In this document: positions 1 to 13,676 of the stretch, piece after piece
Layout of the letters: every line of letters begins with the position of its first letter
How positions within the stretch are numbered: the stretch's first letter is position 1
DNA from: Azolla caroliniana
Taxonomy: Eukaryota > Plantae > Polypodiophyta
Direction: 5' to 3'
NCBI GenBank assembly: GCA_043228905.1
Contig: JBHGNT010000009.1
Coordinates: forward strand, 18,228,001-18,292,000
DNA: 64,000 nt
The notes under the pieces: model-generated
The model's input: the letters and a program-made list of their open reading frames with translations, nothing else
Database searches by the model: none
Told to the model about the DNA's origin: nothing
Position numbers and translations under genes: made by a program

Positions 1-3000
1 GTAAACGGAATTGAGAAAACCAATATATAAATTATGTTCAATAGTTGGCATGGATTATTGAGTGTTTTGAGTGTCTATATGAATGGATCAGTTTTAATCA
101 AGGCTCACTAACATTGTAATCAGGAGTGCATTGTTCGTATGGGTGGGTGGGTGGATTGGATTGAATAAACTTGGTGAACCTGTTGACGAGTAGAGGAAGC
201 AATTCAATTATCTACAACTTTGAGGAAACAACTTACCACAGCACTGGGAAGCCAACAACATAAACAACTCGAATCGCCACAACCTCAAAGACTTAATAAA
301 TTTCTGAAAATATTGAATAATAGAAGGGAGAATGAGTAGGAAAATTCACATGTCTGAAGAAGGGGAAATATAGAAATCATGATCAAACATGAATCACTAT
401 TACGAACAAGAGAAGTATGTAATTATAAGAGGATGACATTGATTAGGTGGAAGAAGAACAAGGACAGCAAACCTTCGATGATATGTACGAAGCTATGGGG
501 ATCAAACTCAGAGATTTCCATGAAGCATTGATTAGCTGGAAGAAGATAAACCACTCGATATTCTTTCTAGCATAACCTAGTTGTCCTTGAATCGCCAAGT
601 TCTAACGGTTTTGAGACTATGTCTACTCTTGTATTAGTGAGACGAGTAGGAGAGGGTGTCATACACTTGTAAGCATATGAGCAAACACCAAAACTTTATC
701 GAAGGAAGCCCTAAACCTAATCTAAATGCACAATTTAATTTAAGCTTGATTTATAACTTTTAATCACATAAAGCCATCTTGGTGGAGCATTATCTCCACT
801 TTATTCTCTCTCCAAAAGGTTAAAGTCTTATTTGAAGACTTCATAGAAGAATCAATGTGAATATGGCATCCTCAAATAAACCAAGCTGAAGAATTGGAAA
901 AGATTATGGTGGTTGTTGAGAGAGAATGAATGAGAGCTAAAGGCTAAGATGCAGGTCTTGACTAGGCCATTGACTTCATTGTAGAGTTTATTGCCACAAA
1001 GAGATGTGCCTGAAGCAAGGTACGTATCAAGTTTTAAGCATGCCATCGTAGACAAGGTACAAAAGTAGGTTAACAAAATCCAAGGTAGAGTCATACCATC
1101 GAGTCTTGATGCAATTATACCTTGGGTTTTGGAGTAATTCACATGTTTAGCAAATTGAAACCATAACCACACTAACATGGCCTTGACATAGGTCAATTGT
1201 CCTTGATAAGAAGATAGATAGACTTCTAGTATAGTAAAAAACCCTAGGTCTGTAATATGAAGTTGTCAAGTGAGAACACGCTCAACAATTTCTCTTAAAA
1301 CATAGAATTGCAATATGCAATTCATACCTTCATTCCTTTCAGGATTAACTCGCATATAGTCATCATAAGATTAGGAAAAACTACGGAAAACCTATGTCAT
1401 GATCGGTTATGGTTCAATGGTTTGTACCAAACAAGGAATAATTTGTGATCCTTCACGAAGTGTCAACTATGGCAAAGAAGGTCTAAAGAAATTCATGGAA
1501 GATGACGTGCCAATAGCAAGGAAAAGAGTTAGAAACTTCAAGAAGCGAGAAACAAAATAATCAGAACAACAAAGACTTGGATACTAAAGAAGATAAATTA
1601 TTAAAAAGAGAAAATGTCCACAATTAGCACATATTAGAGCATGTGCAAGGTTGGTAGGGTGGGATGGATGTCATGCTGTCTATATTGATGAAGAGTGTAA
1701 AAACATGGATTCTGGCCTATCAAGTACTACTCCACAATATATGCAAATAAAAAAATGTTTGAACAAGTTTTGAGCCTAACCTATAAAAGAAAATATGTGA
1801 GTACCACTAAAGTAGTTCATAACAATGAGTCATTTGCATACATTGAAACCCTAGTCTTCTTCCATTGGATTTGTTCCAGGAACCCTTATCGAAGCAATAT
1901 TTTATTTCCTTGCACATTTCAGGTTAGAAAGATGCAAAACCATAGAATCCTCTCTAAAAAAATTGCTAACACAGAAAAACGCCACAATACAAACAAAGAA
2001 ACTTTGGAAAGAAGGAAAATGATGCCATAGAGTAAACATTTTGTATATTGTTTTGGGGGAAGTCGCTAAACTAGAGCCAATATGAGTAACAAGTAAAATA
2101 AATAAAAAGTCTAGTTATGGAAAAACCTCCGGATGTGGGCACAAAAGGGTTATTTCACAAGATACCAAGAATTTTTAATAAACTTGAAACTACCATAAAA
2201 CCATTCTATATAGGATTTGAAATGGTTAATTTGCGATTTCATAGATTATTTCATTTAAGGTCATGATGAAGGACATGGCTAACAATCATCGGCTTTAATC
2301 ATGTTGTTGCAAAACCATAGAACGTAACATACCCAAATACATTTGCAAACATTTTTTTTCATACATTTGCAAATGAATGTGTATGTCATGAAAACATAAC
2401 ATGTGTCTATTTTATGTTTTGTACCTGAACTTTCTTACCTTAAAAAAAAGTTACCTTATAATATATATTGAATCCAAAAGTATGGTATTTACCATACTTC
2501 GAGGGTGTTTAGCATTACTTGAATGATCAAAACATACTCGAATTCAAATGCACCTATGGTACATAAGGTTCATAGTACATACTATGTGCAGCAAAACCAT
2601 GGGTTAACAACATGGTTTTTGTTTTTGTTTTTGTTTTTCTCCAAAGAAAAGAACATGGTTTTTACAAACATATTATGGCCATGGTTTTGCACATGAAAAG
2701 TCCATGGGCTTCCACACTTGAGCCGAACCGTTGCCAACACCTAGAAATCCACGCTACAAAGACAACATGGGAAGAGTTTCAAGGAGTACTATTGGTTGAG
2801 TTCAGTCTTGAGGATGAGTAGAGCATGACTTGGCACACATTCATGAAATGGGTCGAGAAGAAGGGTAAGGGTAAGAAAATGAGTGTGTATGAAATGTACA
2901 ACCCATGACTTAGTTTACACAAGGAGAATGAGTGGGATATTTAAAATATCTACTTTATCAATGCAAACAAGTAAATTTGCTTGAGTGTTGGTTCTCACGT

Positions 3001-3494
3001 AAGTTGTGTGATTGAGATTGATGTCTCAACCTATAAGTGGGACTTCCAAATGTATATAAGTGCGAATTAAACCAATGTAACGTTGCTCTGATCATCAAAC
3101 CCCTACCTCCCCACCTTCATATAAACCATGATTGCATTTCTCTATGTTGTCTTTTGTTACCATTTGGAGTATCATGCCATGATATGATGAATTCCAAGCA
3201 AAATCATCATCCTATGCATGGCACATTTCGTCTTCTTTAGGGTTAATTGTAATAGTGTTGTAAAGATCCTTTATAGCATTCTCACAATCTAAAACTAAAA
3301 ATCAATTCAATAATCATTTTTTATGACATTGTCAATGTTTTCTTGTCTCTCTCCATCTTTATGTCCTCAAAACAATCGAATAAATTGTGGCATCCACCAA
3401 ATTGAATGAGGAAAGCCAATTTTCATGATTCATATAGTAGACCACCCTACCCTCCCTCTCGTGACAATCAATTTGGTTTACACCTCTATTTATT

Positions 3495-4457
3495 TATTTA
3501 TTTTATAAAAGATTTTCTTCAATAGTATTAAGAACAAAACGCCCGAAGGCTACAACTTGAACCTAGCTACCAAGAAGGTTACAACTTTCTTTATACATTG
3601 ATATAAAATACGAGGATGTTTACATTTGTTGATATTCAAAGAGTCCATGGAAGTCGATATTGCCATTGAGGCTCTTGAGCTACCATTGTAAACAGGGGCA
3701 CCTTTTTCCATAAGTGAAGAAGCTTTTTCCTTTTCTTGTTCATAGTATCTAGGGAACCCTACATATTGTCATACTGACCACGGACTACAGCCAACAAGTT
3801 CTCCCATAACTCAAACAACATATGTGAGAGATGAATGTCTACCCCATCATAAAGTCGTTTACATCGATATTTCCATAATACCCATAATGTTATTGTGGAC
3901 ATAGTTTTCCAAATTTGGACGGATCGCACCTGCTTTCGAGGTTGCTGGAAAGGACTAACTAATATCAATCTTCCATTATGTATTGTCATTGCCTCATGAA
4001 CATCGTTTGCCTCATACAACATTAAACCGGAGTGTAATACTCCCCACATCGTTGATCCCCATGAGAATAAGCAACCTACATTTATTGTTAGGAATAAAGA
4101 CACGACTTTCTTCCATACTTGTTGAGCAAAAGGACAAGACCATAAGACATGCTTGGTAGTCTCTTGAGGTTCATGGCAACTGGCACATTGCCGCAAATTG
4201 GGTGTCACATTCCCTTTCAATGCATGACCAACTGGTAGAGCCATATGCACTAATAACCATCGAAAGAGAATAAATTTAGTTGACCCCTTGAATGACCATA
4301 TCCATTTCCAATAGGTTCTCAAATGCAAAGTGGAAACACCCCAATTGGTCTAATGTTTCTGAGCCACTGGTATCTTTACATTCTGAGAGAGCAGTAATGA
4401 TCTTCCAAGTTTTACTGAGTACTAAAAAAAGGAGACCTTTACAATCTTTTCCCCTTA
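3495..4457 (-). mobile_element. 5'-truncated L1-type LINE (3' end of ORF2, zf-RVT domain)
   Basis: ORF 3759-4328(-) has a zf-RVT signature (CASC..ETTKHVLWSC..W; LWVLWKYRCKR). A (TAAA)n-like tail lies near 3495-3505. An 11-bp TSD CTCTATTTATT is at 3484-3494 and 4458-4468. Confidence 0.85.
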
Positions 4458-4922
4458 CTCTATTTATTCAATCATGATTCATGATAATCAATTCAGTCTA
4501 CCACTTACTCTCTAGACTGAATTCATTGTCCTGATTAATAAATGATGAAATGTAGATCCTTCCACACAAATGACAACTATCAACAAGTACTCTAACCTTG
4601 TGAAGGAGGAAAAGGATTGGGATATGTTTTTATTTTTGAAAAAATAGGACATCTAAACTTATGAAGAGAGTAAGGTTACAATAGTTTTATAGTAGAGTTG
4701 CATCGCACACATTCTTCTTTACAAAGAAAAGACATCATTGATCATCCATTCGCATTAATGAATTGTAACATAGAATTGACAAGTCACTCCTCAACAAGAA
4801 GGCTTAAGATATTATCATTGTTGTATTCTCTTCTTTGTGTGTTTGATATATGTATATAGACATTGTACTTTTATCAATATTTTTTGGTGTCCTTTTTTTT
4901 AGAAGTTTTTCATGCCTCTTCA

Positions 4923-5061
4923 TGAGAAAAAACTACCAAGAACAAGCATGTTGTAGTTCAATATTAATGGTTCAAGAGTCCTCGTTATGGTGCTCTCTTC
5001 TTGAGAAAAACCTACCAAATCAAGCATATTGTAGTTCAATATTAATGGTTCAAGAGTCCTC
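4923..5061. repeat. Local direct duplication, ~60-bp unit, period ~79 bp
   Basis: TGAGAAAAA.CTACCAA..CAAGCAT.TTGTAGTTCAATATTAATGGTTCAAGAGTCCTC occurs at 4923 and 5002. Confidence 0.8.
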
Positions 5062-6119
5062 CCTATAGTGTTCTCATGGTTTATGCTCTACTCTATATTC
5101 CTTACTCTCACACAACGGGTTGAGCTCCCTTTGAGGATGCAACTACACATAATACCGTTCTTGTCTTTGCCACTCTCTAACGCAAAATAATAATATAATA
5201 TACATCACATCTCCATTTTAATATGTTGAGATACAGTCGAGCAGGAGAAATTGGTAGCATGTAACGTGACGATAGAAGTTTCACAATTGTCCCAGTAAAC
5301 ACCATTCCATCCCATTTTGCATTGTGGTTGGCAACCCATCAAATACCCTTTGTTTCCATGTTATAACCACAACAAACTTTGAAAAGGGATTAATTTTTGT
5401 GGTGGACCACTTCAATGTGTGTCGTACTTCATCGCCACCATATATTTCTTCACTTCCTCATGTGAAAAGTTAAGACTTATTTGTACATGGAAGCTTCAAA
5501 TGGGAGAGGAGGGAGAAGAAGAAGTTGATGATTGAATGTATTTATAGATAAATTCAAACGCTTACTCTAGTAGTGCCATGCCATCAAATTATGATTTGGT
5601 TAGTTTTGTGCCAAGAGTTGTCGACAACAAACCTTTGAGAGCATCCAAAGCTTGGAGACGAGCCTTCGCATTTAGACATGTCAAGAACTTGTAAGCTTCC
5701 TGATATTATTAAGTCTTGAAACCCTAGACCTTAAACAAGTCGAAAGTCCTATATCATTAGGTTGAAGTGCATTTGAACCCAACAATAATGTGACTATTTT
5801 TATAACACTTCAAGGTTTAGGGTTAAGTTTATTTAGGGCATTGTCCGGAGTGTCCGGAGTATTTAATCAGACAACTATACCCGATAATTACCAAGGATTT
5901 ATCATATTGGTCACAGGTGGGCAATGTTCAGCATGTTCCAGGCAAGGCCGCTTGCTAACACGGGAACTACATGAGTAGGGGATCGGCTGTGAGTCGAGAA
6001 ATAGCCAAGTCAGTGTGAAAAGGGAGAGAGAAGTGAGAGAGAGAGAGAGAGAGAGGGTCCATCCAGCCCCCTTGTTTCTGTCTTTTAAACGTTTATTTGG
6101 TCGGACGGCATGTAACATG

Positions 6120-6242
6120 TCCAGAATGTTCTACACTCATTTTATTCATTCATATTCATTGCCAAGCCAAAGTATCTGTCTGTCTCTAGAAACATCTCGA
6201 CTCTTCTTCTGCCTCTGCCTCTGCAATCCTTCTCATATAAAG
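6120..6242 (+). promoter_or_regulatory. Heat-shock promoter of sHSP-1 (HSEs + TATA)
   Basis: TCCaGAAtgTTCta at ~6120-6133, CTCtaGAAacATC at ~6184-6196, and TATAAA at ~6237-6242. Confidence 0.75.
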
Positions 6243-6453
6243 ACCCCCCCCCCCCCGATCTTCCATATCCATCCAGAAAATCGTAGCAGCCTGCAAACTT
6301 TTCATTGCCTCGCATATTTAATCGCCCTCTTTTATCTAATCTAATCGCGCTGCACATTCCTAATCGCGGCGTCTGCGTTCAATCCATTCTAACTAGTTGC
6401 CATCTCTTAAAAACGCTTTCTATCCATCGAATCGTTTCTTTCCAAAGTGCCAA

Positions 6454-7133
6454 ATGGCTGTTTCCCTCTTCGGACGTGGCAATCGCAGAGCTTCAGACGA
6501 TCCCCTCGATTCCTTCTTCTCCGATTCCCTCTTCTTCCCCTCTTTCCCAACCTCCTCTTCCTGGGCCATCTCTTCTTTCCCTGATCATCCAGGCTTCGCA
6601 CGTGATGTTGCGGCTGTAGCCAACACGCAGGTGGATTGGAAGGAGACCGCCGATGCGCACATCTTCAAGGCTAACTTACCTGGTAATTCATTCAACACCT
6701 GCCGTTTATACTCTTTTGACAACATTTTTTTTTCAGTTAGCACAGGCTTAGGGTTAGGGCTGATAGATAGATTGATTGCTTTTCCTTCTACTATTATGTG
6801 GTAGCTATATAGTATCTGATCCCCCCCCTTTGTTCTGCAAACAATTGCAATGTAGGTCTGAGCAAGCAGGAAGTGAAGGTGCAGGTGGAGGAAGGGCACG
6901 TATTGCAGATCAGCGGGGAGCGAAAGAAAGAGGAGACAAGCTCTACAGACAGATGGCACCGAGTGGAGCGCTCACAGGGCAGCTTCCTCCGGCGCTTCAG
7001 GCTCCCTGAGAATGCAAAATTGGAGGAGGTGAAGGCGGCCATGGAGAATGGGGTGCTCACTGTCACTGTCCCAAAGGCTACACCTCCTGAGCCCAAATCT
7101 GCTGTCCGCACTGTGGACATCTCGTCCAGTTAA
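6454..7133 (+). CDS. HSP20: Small heat-shock protein (class I-like), copy 1; exons 6454-6682 and 6856-7133, 168 aa
   Basis: Alpha-crystallin motifs [42 protein letters not shown] and [14 protein letters not shown], with a C-terminal V-D-I motif. Removing the GT..AG intron 6683-6855 restores the frame. Confidence 0.95.
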
Positions 7134-7443
7134 ATCCAGTGGTAACACCATCAGCTGAGATCTTCTTCATATACCTAAGAGGATTTAGGATCTGCCTTAA
7201 TAATAATAGTACTGCAAGCACTGCCTATCCTACGTTGTTGTTAAAAAGTCAATAGGAACTCATGCTCATTACTTTCTTGTTCTGCTTTAGTAAATTATGC
7301 CGTCGGGTGTCCCCCCTTTTGTTGCCGTCTCTTTGTTTCTTCGCTTAAATATAATTTTGTTTTAACAAACAAAGTTGAAAATAGTTGTAATAAAGAATTG
7401 GTTCCCGGAATCCTGAATGGATAGATATAGAGGGGACGCTACT

Positions 7444-7610
7444 TTTTGTAATTTCCTTTACTAAATGAATGATGGGACACTTTTTTTTTTTTTGTAATTT
7501 CCATTGCCAATCTCTACTTACCTACGTTTCTTTGCTACTGTTTTGTAATTTCCTTTACTAAATGAATGATGGGACACTTTTTTATTTTTGTAATTTCCAT
7601 TGCTAATGTC
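7444..7610. repeat. Local tandem duplication downstream of sHSP-1
   Basis: TTTTGTAATTTCCTTTACTAAATGAATGATGGGACACTTTTT..GTAATTTCCATTGC occurs at ~7444 and ~7541. Confidence 0.75.
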
Positions 7611-9468
7611 TACTTTACCTGCATTTCTTTGCTTAGATAGATGGGACATGCTTATATTATACAGTTCATTAACCTGTGAAATCAGTAGGGTAGAGATTTA
7701 TGAACTTAAATTGGGTCGAACAAATGTCTATGATTTCTATGGAAAGCATGAATGAAGGATTATGGTGAATGTGAACGTGAAGGAAAAAACACCCTCCCAT
7801 GAACAATGTTGCTATGAGACATTGGGATATAAATAATTGTGTGAGAAATTTAAACAAAATCATTAATTTTTGGTGCCATAGGAAAGTTGGCCTCCTTAAA
7901 GGTAATATGGAAGTACATAGTCATTGTCATTGCCGAAGGTCATGAATAGGACCAACGATATTACTGAGGCGAATGTTTTGTCATGATTTATGACCAATGT
8001 GTCAAACATGAAGGATCATAATAAAATAATTCATAGGTGACAACACAAACGTAGTGTTGTGATTATAACGAGGGAGCGGGAAGAATGTGTTCCTAACTTG
8101 AACTTGGGGGGGAGTATGCTCCTAGCAGAACACCATAGGTTAACCCAACCCAGTCCTCGTACTAGGGTAAGTTTCTCGCAGTTCTCGATAAACCAACGGT
8201 AGATATCTCGAAGGTATGGTTCAGGCTTTGTTTGTTTCTTGTGACCAGATTCATTATTTCGAGGTCACGGTACGTTGTTGGGTAAAGGCTGACCAAGCCG
8301 CAAATGCATAGTTGATCTTTTCGGAGGGGGGTGTATTCCTCTGGGCGGGAGAGTATGCTCCTAGATGACAAACTTAAATGTGTGTGCAGTGTTGGGAAAA
8401 TTATAGGAAGGAGATGATAAAAGTTCGTTCCTTGGGCAAATTCTAGGGAGGGATTAATAAGGTTCCTCGGTGACACAAACTTTTAACATGTTACATTGTG
8501 TGTAGTGTTGGGAGTGTTGGGCAAATTCCCTTGGCACATTGTGTGAACGGAGGGATCTTTCCCGTGTAAAAGAGCATATGAGCATGTCGTGGACATGGAC
8601 ATGCGCAGTAGCCCGCCCTTGTATAACAGCATGTCCTATGGGTGTACATGTGAACATTAGTTTTGGTGGGTCCCATTTTAGCCAGCCTTTCTTAGGCAAG
8701 AAATGTGTGGTGCCAGTAGACATGGGACCTTAAGACATACACCATGGTATAGTATAAAGTACTGTATGATTAAATCATGCTTCTCGCACAGTGGCTTAAA
8801 TTGTGTACGAGAAACCCATTACATAATCCACCAATATGATTGGAAGAGAATTCAATACAAACCAGTAATATGATTAATCAATACAAACCAGTAATATGAT
8901 TAAGAGACAACTAACTATCCGAAGCACAAGCAGGCGGTCTACATTCATGCTGTTCAGGACATCCCACCTTAGCGGATCTAAAAATGAAACGTAAGATGGC
9001 ATGATCTATGTATTCTCATTTTGTTCCATGTTACTCAGTACAATTCAATTTTGTAGTAGCATCAAGCAATCGTGTAGCACTTTCTCGAATCATTTATGGA
9101 GAACATTTCATGATGTACGATTCATTCGTATTTTGTTCGTTACAAGCAAGAATGGGCAAATAATTCAGCACGTATTTAGCATTCTTTACTCGATCTTCAT
9201 CCCAACTTCCCCAAACTTCAGTTGGCATAGATGTTGCCAAATGTTTGGAAACAGTCATCAATAGAAAAGCAGTACTAAAACAGAACATCAAAATATCATT
9301 TTGAGCATGGAACAAGGTTTCTCTATTATATCACCGATTACAAAAGTCAGAAGACTTACTCAGCAAAAGGGAATGGATGTATATATATCATTGATTAAAT
9401 TGGAAAGCTGACCTCGTACAATATAAAGCCTCATCGAGACAGAATTGCCAAATGGAACAAATTAGAAC

Positions 9469-10104
9469 CTAAGATATTTCAATGGTGCGGACATTAGATT
9501 TAGGCTTCGGAGGCACGGTTTTGGGAACAGTGACAGTGAGGACTCCATTCTCCATGGCAGCCTTTACCTCGTCCACCTTGGTATTCTTAGGGAGCTTAAA
9601 GCGGCGAAGAAAGCTCCCTTGAGAGCGTTCAACACGGTGCCATCTGTCTGAAGGAGATGTCTCCTCTTTTTTGCGCTTACCACTGATCTGTAACACTCGC
9701 CCTTCATCCACCTGGACTTTTACTTCCTGCTTTCCTAGACCTAAAAACGATGCGGGCTATTAAGATCAGAACACCACCAAAATGGGACATATGCCACATA
9801 TCTAGTATGCAAGGAAAAGCAACTCTTCAAGAATAATGATGTGTTATAACTAAACAAATGTGTCAGGATTAGGGCTGCAAGCCTTCATGAGTATATTACC
9901 AGGTAGATTAGCCTTGAAGACATGGGCATCAGTTGTCTCCTTCCAGTCCACCTGCGTGTTGGCAGCAGCCGCAACATCATGGGCATGTCCCGGATGGTCG
10001 GGAAGAGAGGGGAAGATGAGGGAGTCGGAGAAGAAGGAATCGAGAGGCTCTTCAGATGCTCCGCCTCTGCGATTGCTGCTAAGACCGAAGAGGGAAATAG
10101 ACAT
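9469..10104 (-). CDS. HSP20: Small heat-shock protein, copy 2 (most divergent); exons 10104-9900 and 9740-9469, 158 aa
   Basis: Same ACD motifs as copy 1. GT..AG intron 9899-9741 sits at the same codon (LPG^). C-terminal IEI motif; frame intact. Confidence 0.93.
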
Positions 10105-10355
10105 TTGTGCTGTGAATCAGAACGATACGTTTGACTGGTTATCAGAGTATATAGGGTGTAGACAGACAGATTATGCAGATTTGCGATGAAATGGAAATAT
10201 ATGGGAGGATATGAGATAACTTTTGGAGGAGAGATTGAGCTGTATTTAAAGAAAAACAGGAGCAATTATTCTACGATGAGTGAGCAGGAGGTGGGCTATG
10301 GCGTATTTGAAGAAGCGAAAGGGTAGGAGGGGTTGTGAGAGAGATTAGGAGATGA

Positions 10356-10438
10356 GATGTTTCTAGAAACAACTCGAAGTTTCCATCATATTCTCTTTTA
10401 TCTTTTAATTGCTTCTTTAGAACTTTCTGGAAACTTCT
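10356..10438 (-). promoter_or_regulatory. HSEs of sHSP-2
   Basis: Perfect 4-unit GAActTTCtgGAAacTTC at 10420-10437 and gapped TTCtaGAAacAACtcGAAgtTTC at 10361-10383. Confidence 0.85.
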
Positions 10439-12957
10439 TTGTCTGGTCTCCCCCCCCTCCATGTCCATGTAACCTTGCACTTGCCGGCCAACCACGATGG
10501 GCGGGTGGGCACTTGCCCTTGCACACCTGATTATACCATTATGTATGATCTTTCTATATCTCTGTTCTAATTATATGAAATTCGTATCACATACATAGAT
10601 GGGCGGGCAATTTGTTCAATGATGTTCTCTTACAAATACATATGCATTATTCTTATCAACATGCCACACACATCCTCGACTTTACACTTAGTGACACGTT
10701 TGACAACTCATTGGATTGCATGAATGATGATCCACTCGATGGCAAATTCGGGTTCTAGAGTGAAAAAAAAAAATCCATTGATTAGTGTGGCACAAATGAG
10801 AGAGCTTGGTTGACCAAAATTTGATTTTATCAACACAACACACAAAACCGATGTAGTCTACTCAATCTTGTTAGCCCCAATGAAGGAAAGACAAAGATGC
10901 TTGAGCATGAAGATGATGGTCATAACTCTTAACAAAGAGGCTACAAAATGCCATTCTTAGCAACTCCATAAAGCTCAAATCCATCCCTGCAAGAAAAGCT
11001 CTATGTGTTGGTCAATATGGACACTTGCAATAAGTTGATATGAAACAATTATCCACTTCACAATACAACATAAATGAGCTTGAGTGGTGTTTTGAAATAT
11101 CTACCTTAATTGCTCACTCTTTGAGGCACATGCTTGTTAAATTCCGTTATTGTAAGTAATTGATGGGAGATACTTTATATGGAATGGAGTGAATACTCTA
11201 GATATATCACTTACTCTTTCATCATGATAGATCTATCCGTACATACTTCTATGTGAAGTACACAATAGTGTTTTATATAAACCAAGCATGTATGTGATAT
11301 CTAGTGTTAGTATCAATTTTTTGTTATTGTAAACCACCACCTCGTTTTATCTATATAGAGTTTATTGTTTTGGGTCTATGAATCTCTCACTCCCTCTCCG
11401 TTGACACACACATACACATCTTAGTTAATATATTTCATTGCATAAAACTATATTCTATAGTTCTTTACATGTAAGAAAGATGGATCTCATAACTATGGAT
11501 AATAATGATGATAAAACATTGGTCAATATTGACTACTTTCATCCACCACCGGACTTATTATTGAAAGTTCTTCTTAGGCATTTTATCCAATGATTCCACA
11601 ATCCAAATTTGTTATTGTTTTGTAGTTTGTTTCATGATGAGCTAAGAACTCCATGATACTCCAGTTTCCAAGCAATATCATGATGTACTCAAATATTAAC
11701 GTAATGGCCTTTTACAAATCTAGGCTTTCTTTATGTCTCATGAAAAGTGTGGCCTAGGCGCATGGAAGTTAACATGAATCCATGTAGCAATATAATCATG
11801 AGGTGCCACACATATCATGTGTACGCTTTTGTCTAAGCCAAGATTTACGATTGGTTGAAATCAGGCAACCTTTGAAGCAACAGTTCTTGTTTAAGAAGGT
11901 CATTTGCCTTGAACATATAATATATTATAAATATTAGCTCTCCATTTTTGCCACTAAGATGCATAGGAGTTATAAATATCAAGGACATAGCAAATGGCAA
12001 TGAGAAGTCATTTGGGGAACTATGTCAAAATATCAACTATGTATTCCATCATCAATTCCAGGTAGAGTCAAATAGAAAAGACTCGATCTTGGACCTTTCA
12101 TTCTCAAATGATTCCATCTCAACTATAGGAAAGGGCTTTGGGTTATCAAATTCTTGGAGTTGTTTTTCTAGGTAAAACATTGCAACTTTCATTTGTCAAC
12201 TCTAAATGAGACGATACCTTGGTGCACTTGCGTTAAGATCTTTTCAATGATGGCCATAGGGATATGGTTTTGCTAATATGCAATGAAACCATTAAGTATC
12301 CCCAATGTAAATGTTTATCAATTGAATGACATTATTTGTATTTGACCCTAAACCCCAATTTTTTCTTAAACCTTAAATCTTGTTTTGTTAAATGGGTTGT
12401 TCTACCTTTAACCAATTATATACATACCATGCCTTACACCGATAGCCATAAACTTGAACACAAAATTTCCCCCATCATTTTGCCTAAACCATATGCCTTT
12501 GATCAATAGACTACAACCTCCACCACCCTAAAACCTGACATTGCCATTAGTGCAATATCCATATTACATTCTACTAGACTTTTTATATGCATACAAGCAA
12601 ATATTATTATCTAAAGCACGTCTTACAATCACAACTACAAAATGTAATTGAGTATGATGTCTTTAACATGAGATTTCTATGTTTCTTATCCATGTTGAAG
12701 TATGTGAAATCCATGTTTCTTATAATGTCATGGATTACAATAAACCCCAAGATCTTTAATGCCCCAATTTAGTATAACGAGCAAACCTTGACAACAATCT
12801 TGCATTTGGGTGTTTCACATTCTGAATCAAGTATGCTCGTTATTACAATCAAGTGGCCAATGCTCATGTTTGAGGTATTACTCTACTAAGTCCACGGGTC
12901 TCTCGCATTCTGAAGTGGAGACTTGGAAGTGTGTTTGAAGCCGATTACCATTGAGTG

Positions 12958-13262
12958 TAGGAGTCAACAATGGCTTGGCTCGGCTAAAGCTTGAACCAAG
13001 CGAGCCATTAAACCGTTTATTAAACAGTTTGGTGGGTTGGTTGTTCAGTTCTGGCTTGAGCTTCCTTAACTGGTTTGAGCTCGGTTTGGGATGGCTCTAA
13101 GCCGAATTGAACCATTTTGAGCTAAAACGGCTAATCCTTAACTGGTTTGGCCAAATCGAGTAAGCCTTAATGAGTTTAGCAACCAATTCAGATCAAGTTT
13201 GAAAACGCCGAAACCAGTGAAGGCTTAACCGATTTGGTTTGCCGGACCGTTGCCGATTCCGA
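12958..13262 (+). mobile_element. Non-autonomous hAT element (MITE), derivative of the 41363-49198 family
   Basis: Degenerate terminal inverted repeats (TIRs) TAGGAGTCAACAATGG / CCGTTGCCGATTCCGA and 8-bp TSD ATTGAGTG/ATTGAGCG. Subterminal sequences resemble both ends of the large hAT (e.g. CAAGTTTGAAAAC..AGGCTTA.CCG.TTTGG). Confidence 0.85.
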
Positions 13263-13349
13263 ATTGAGCGTGTGAAACACACGTAGATATCCTAAAATCG
13301 AAGAGAGCGTGTGAAAGGACGATTTGTAAAACGTTTGGTCCAAAGAGAT

Positions 13350-13465
13350 TTCCAGAAGGTACTACGCTCTTCGTTTTTCTAGAACCATCCGGAACCTTCC
13401 AGTCTTCTCCTTCACGCCTCATCTCCTTCTTCCTATGCACTCTCACCCGGACGCACATATAAGAA
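13350..13465 (+). promoter_or_regulatory. Heat-shock promoter of sHSP-3
   Basis: TTCcaGAA at 13350, TTCtaGAAccATCcgGAAccTTC at 13377-13399, and TATAAG at ~13458. Confidence 0.8.
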
Positions 13466-13676
13466 GGAAAGGCTGCGCAATCTTATTCATCTCGTCGAAT
13501 TCGCAGCATTCCGCATATCAAGCTATAATCTCTTAATTCCCTAAACATTCTAATATTTGTCTGTCTGTCTTTCTACGCGTGCAAGAACCTCCGCTTAATT
13601 CGCAGTAATCCCCCCACTCGCCTGATTAATTCTTCTTAATCCGATCCAATCCATTCCATTCCTTCCAAAGTGCCAA

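Noticed and set aside
1-3480. Short ORFs (852-1196, 1755-2030, 2612-2821, 3037-3240)
   Set aside because: No recognisable domains; probably decayed TE or intergenic DNA that I cannot classify.
5976-5990. hAT TIR-like TAGGGGATCGGC upstream of sHSP-1
   Set aside because: Only a partial match, with no partner TIR, TSD or subterminal repeats.
6585-7120. Antisense ORFs recurring over each sHSP gene
   Set aside because: They are shadows of the conserved sense-strand codons, with no independent evidence of coding.
11940-12600. Possible LINE endonuclease remnant on the - strand
   Set aside because: Motifs are too eroded to support a call by eye.
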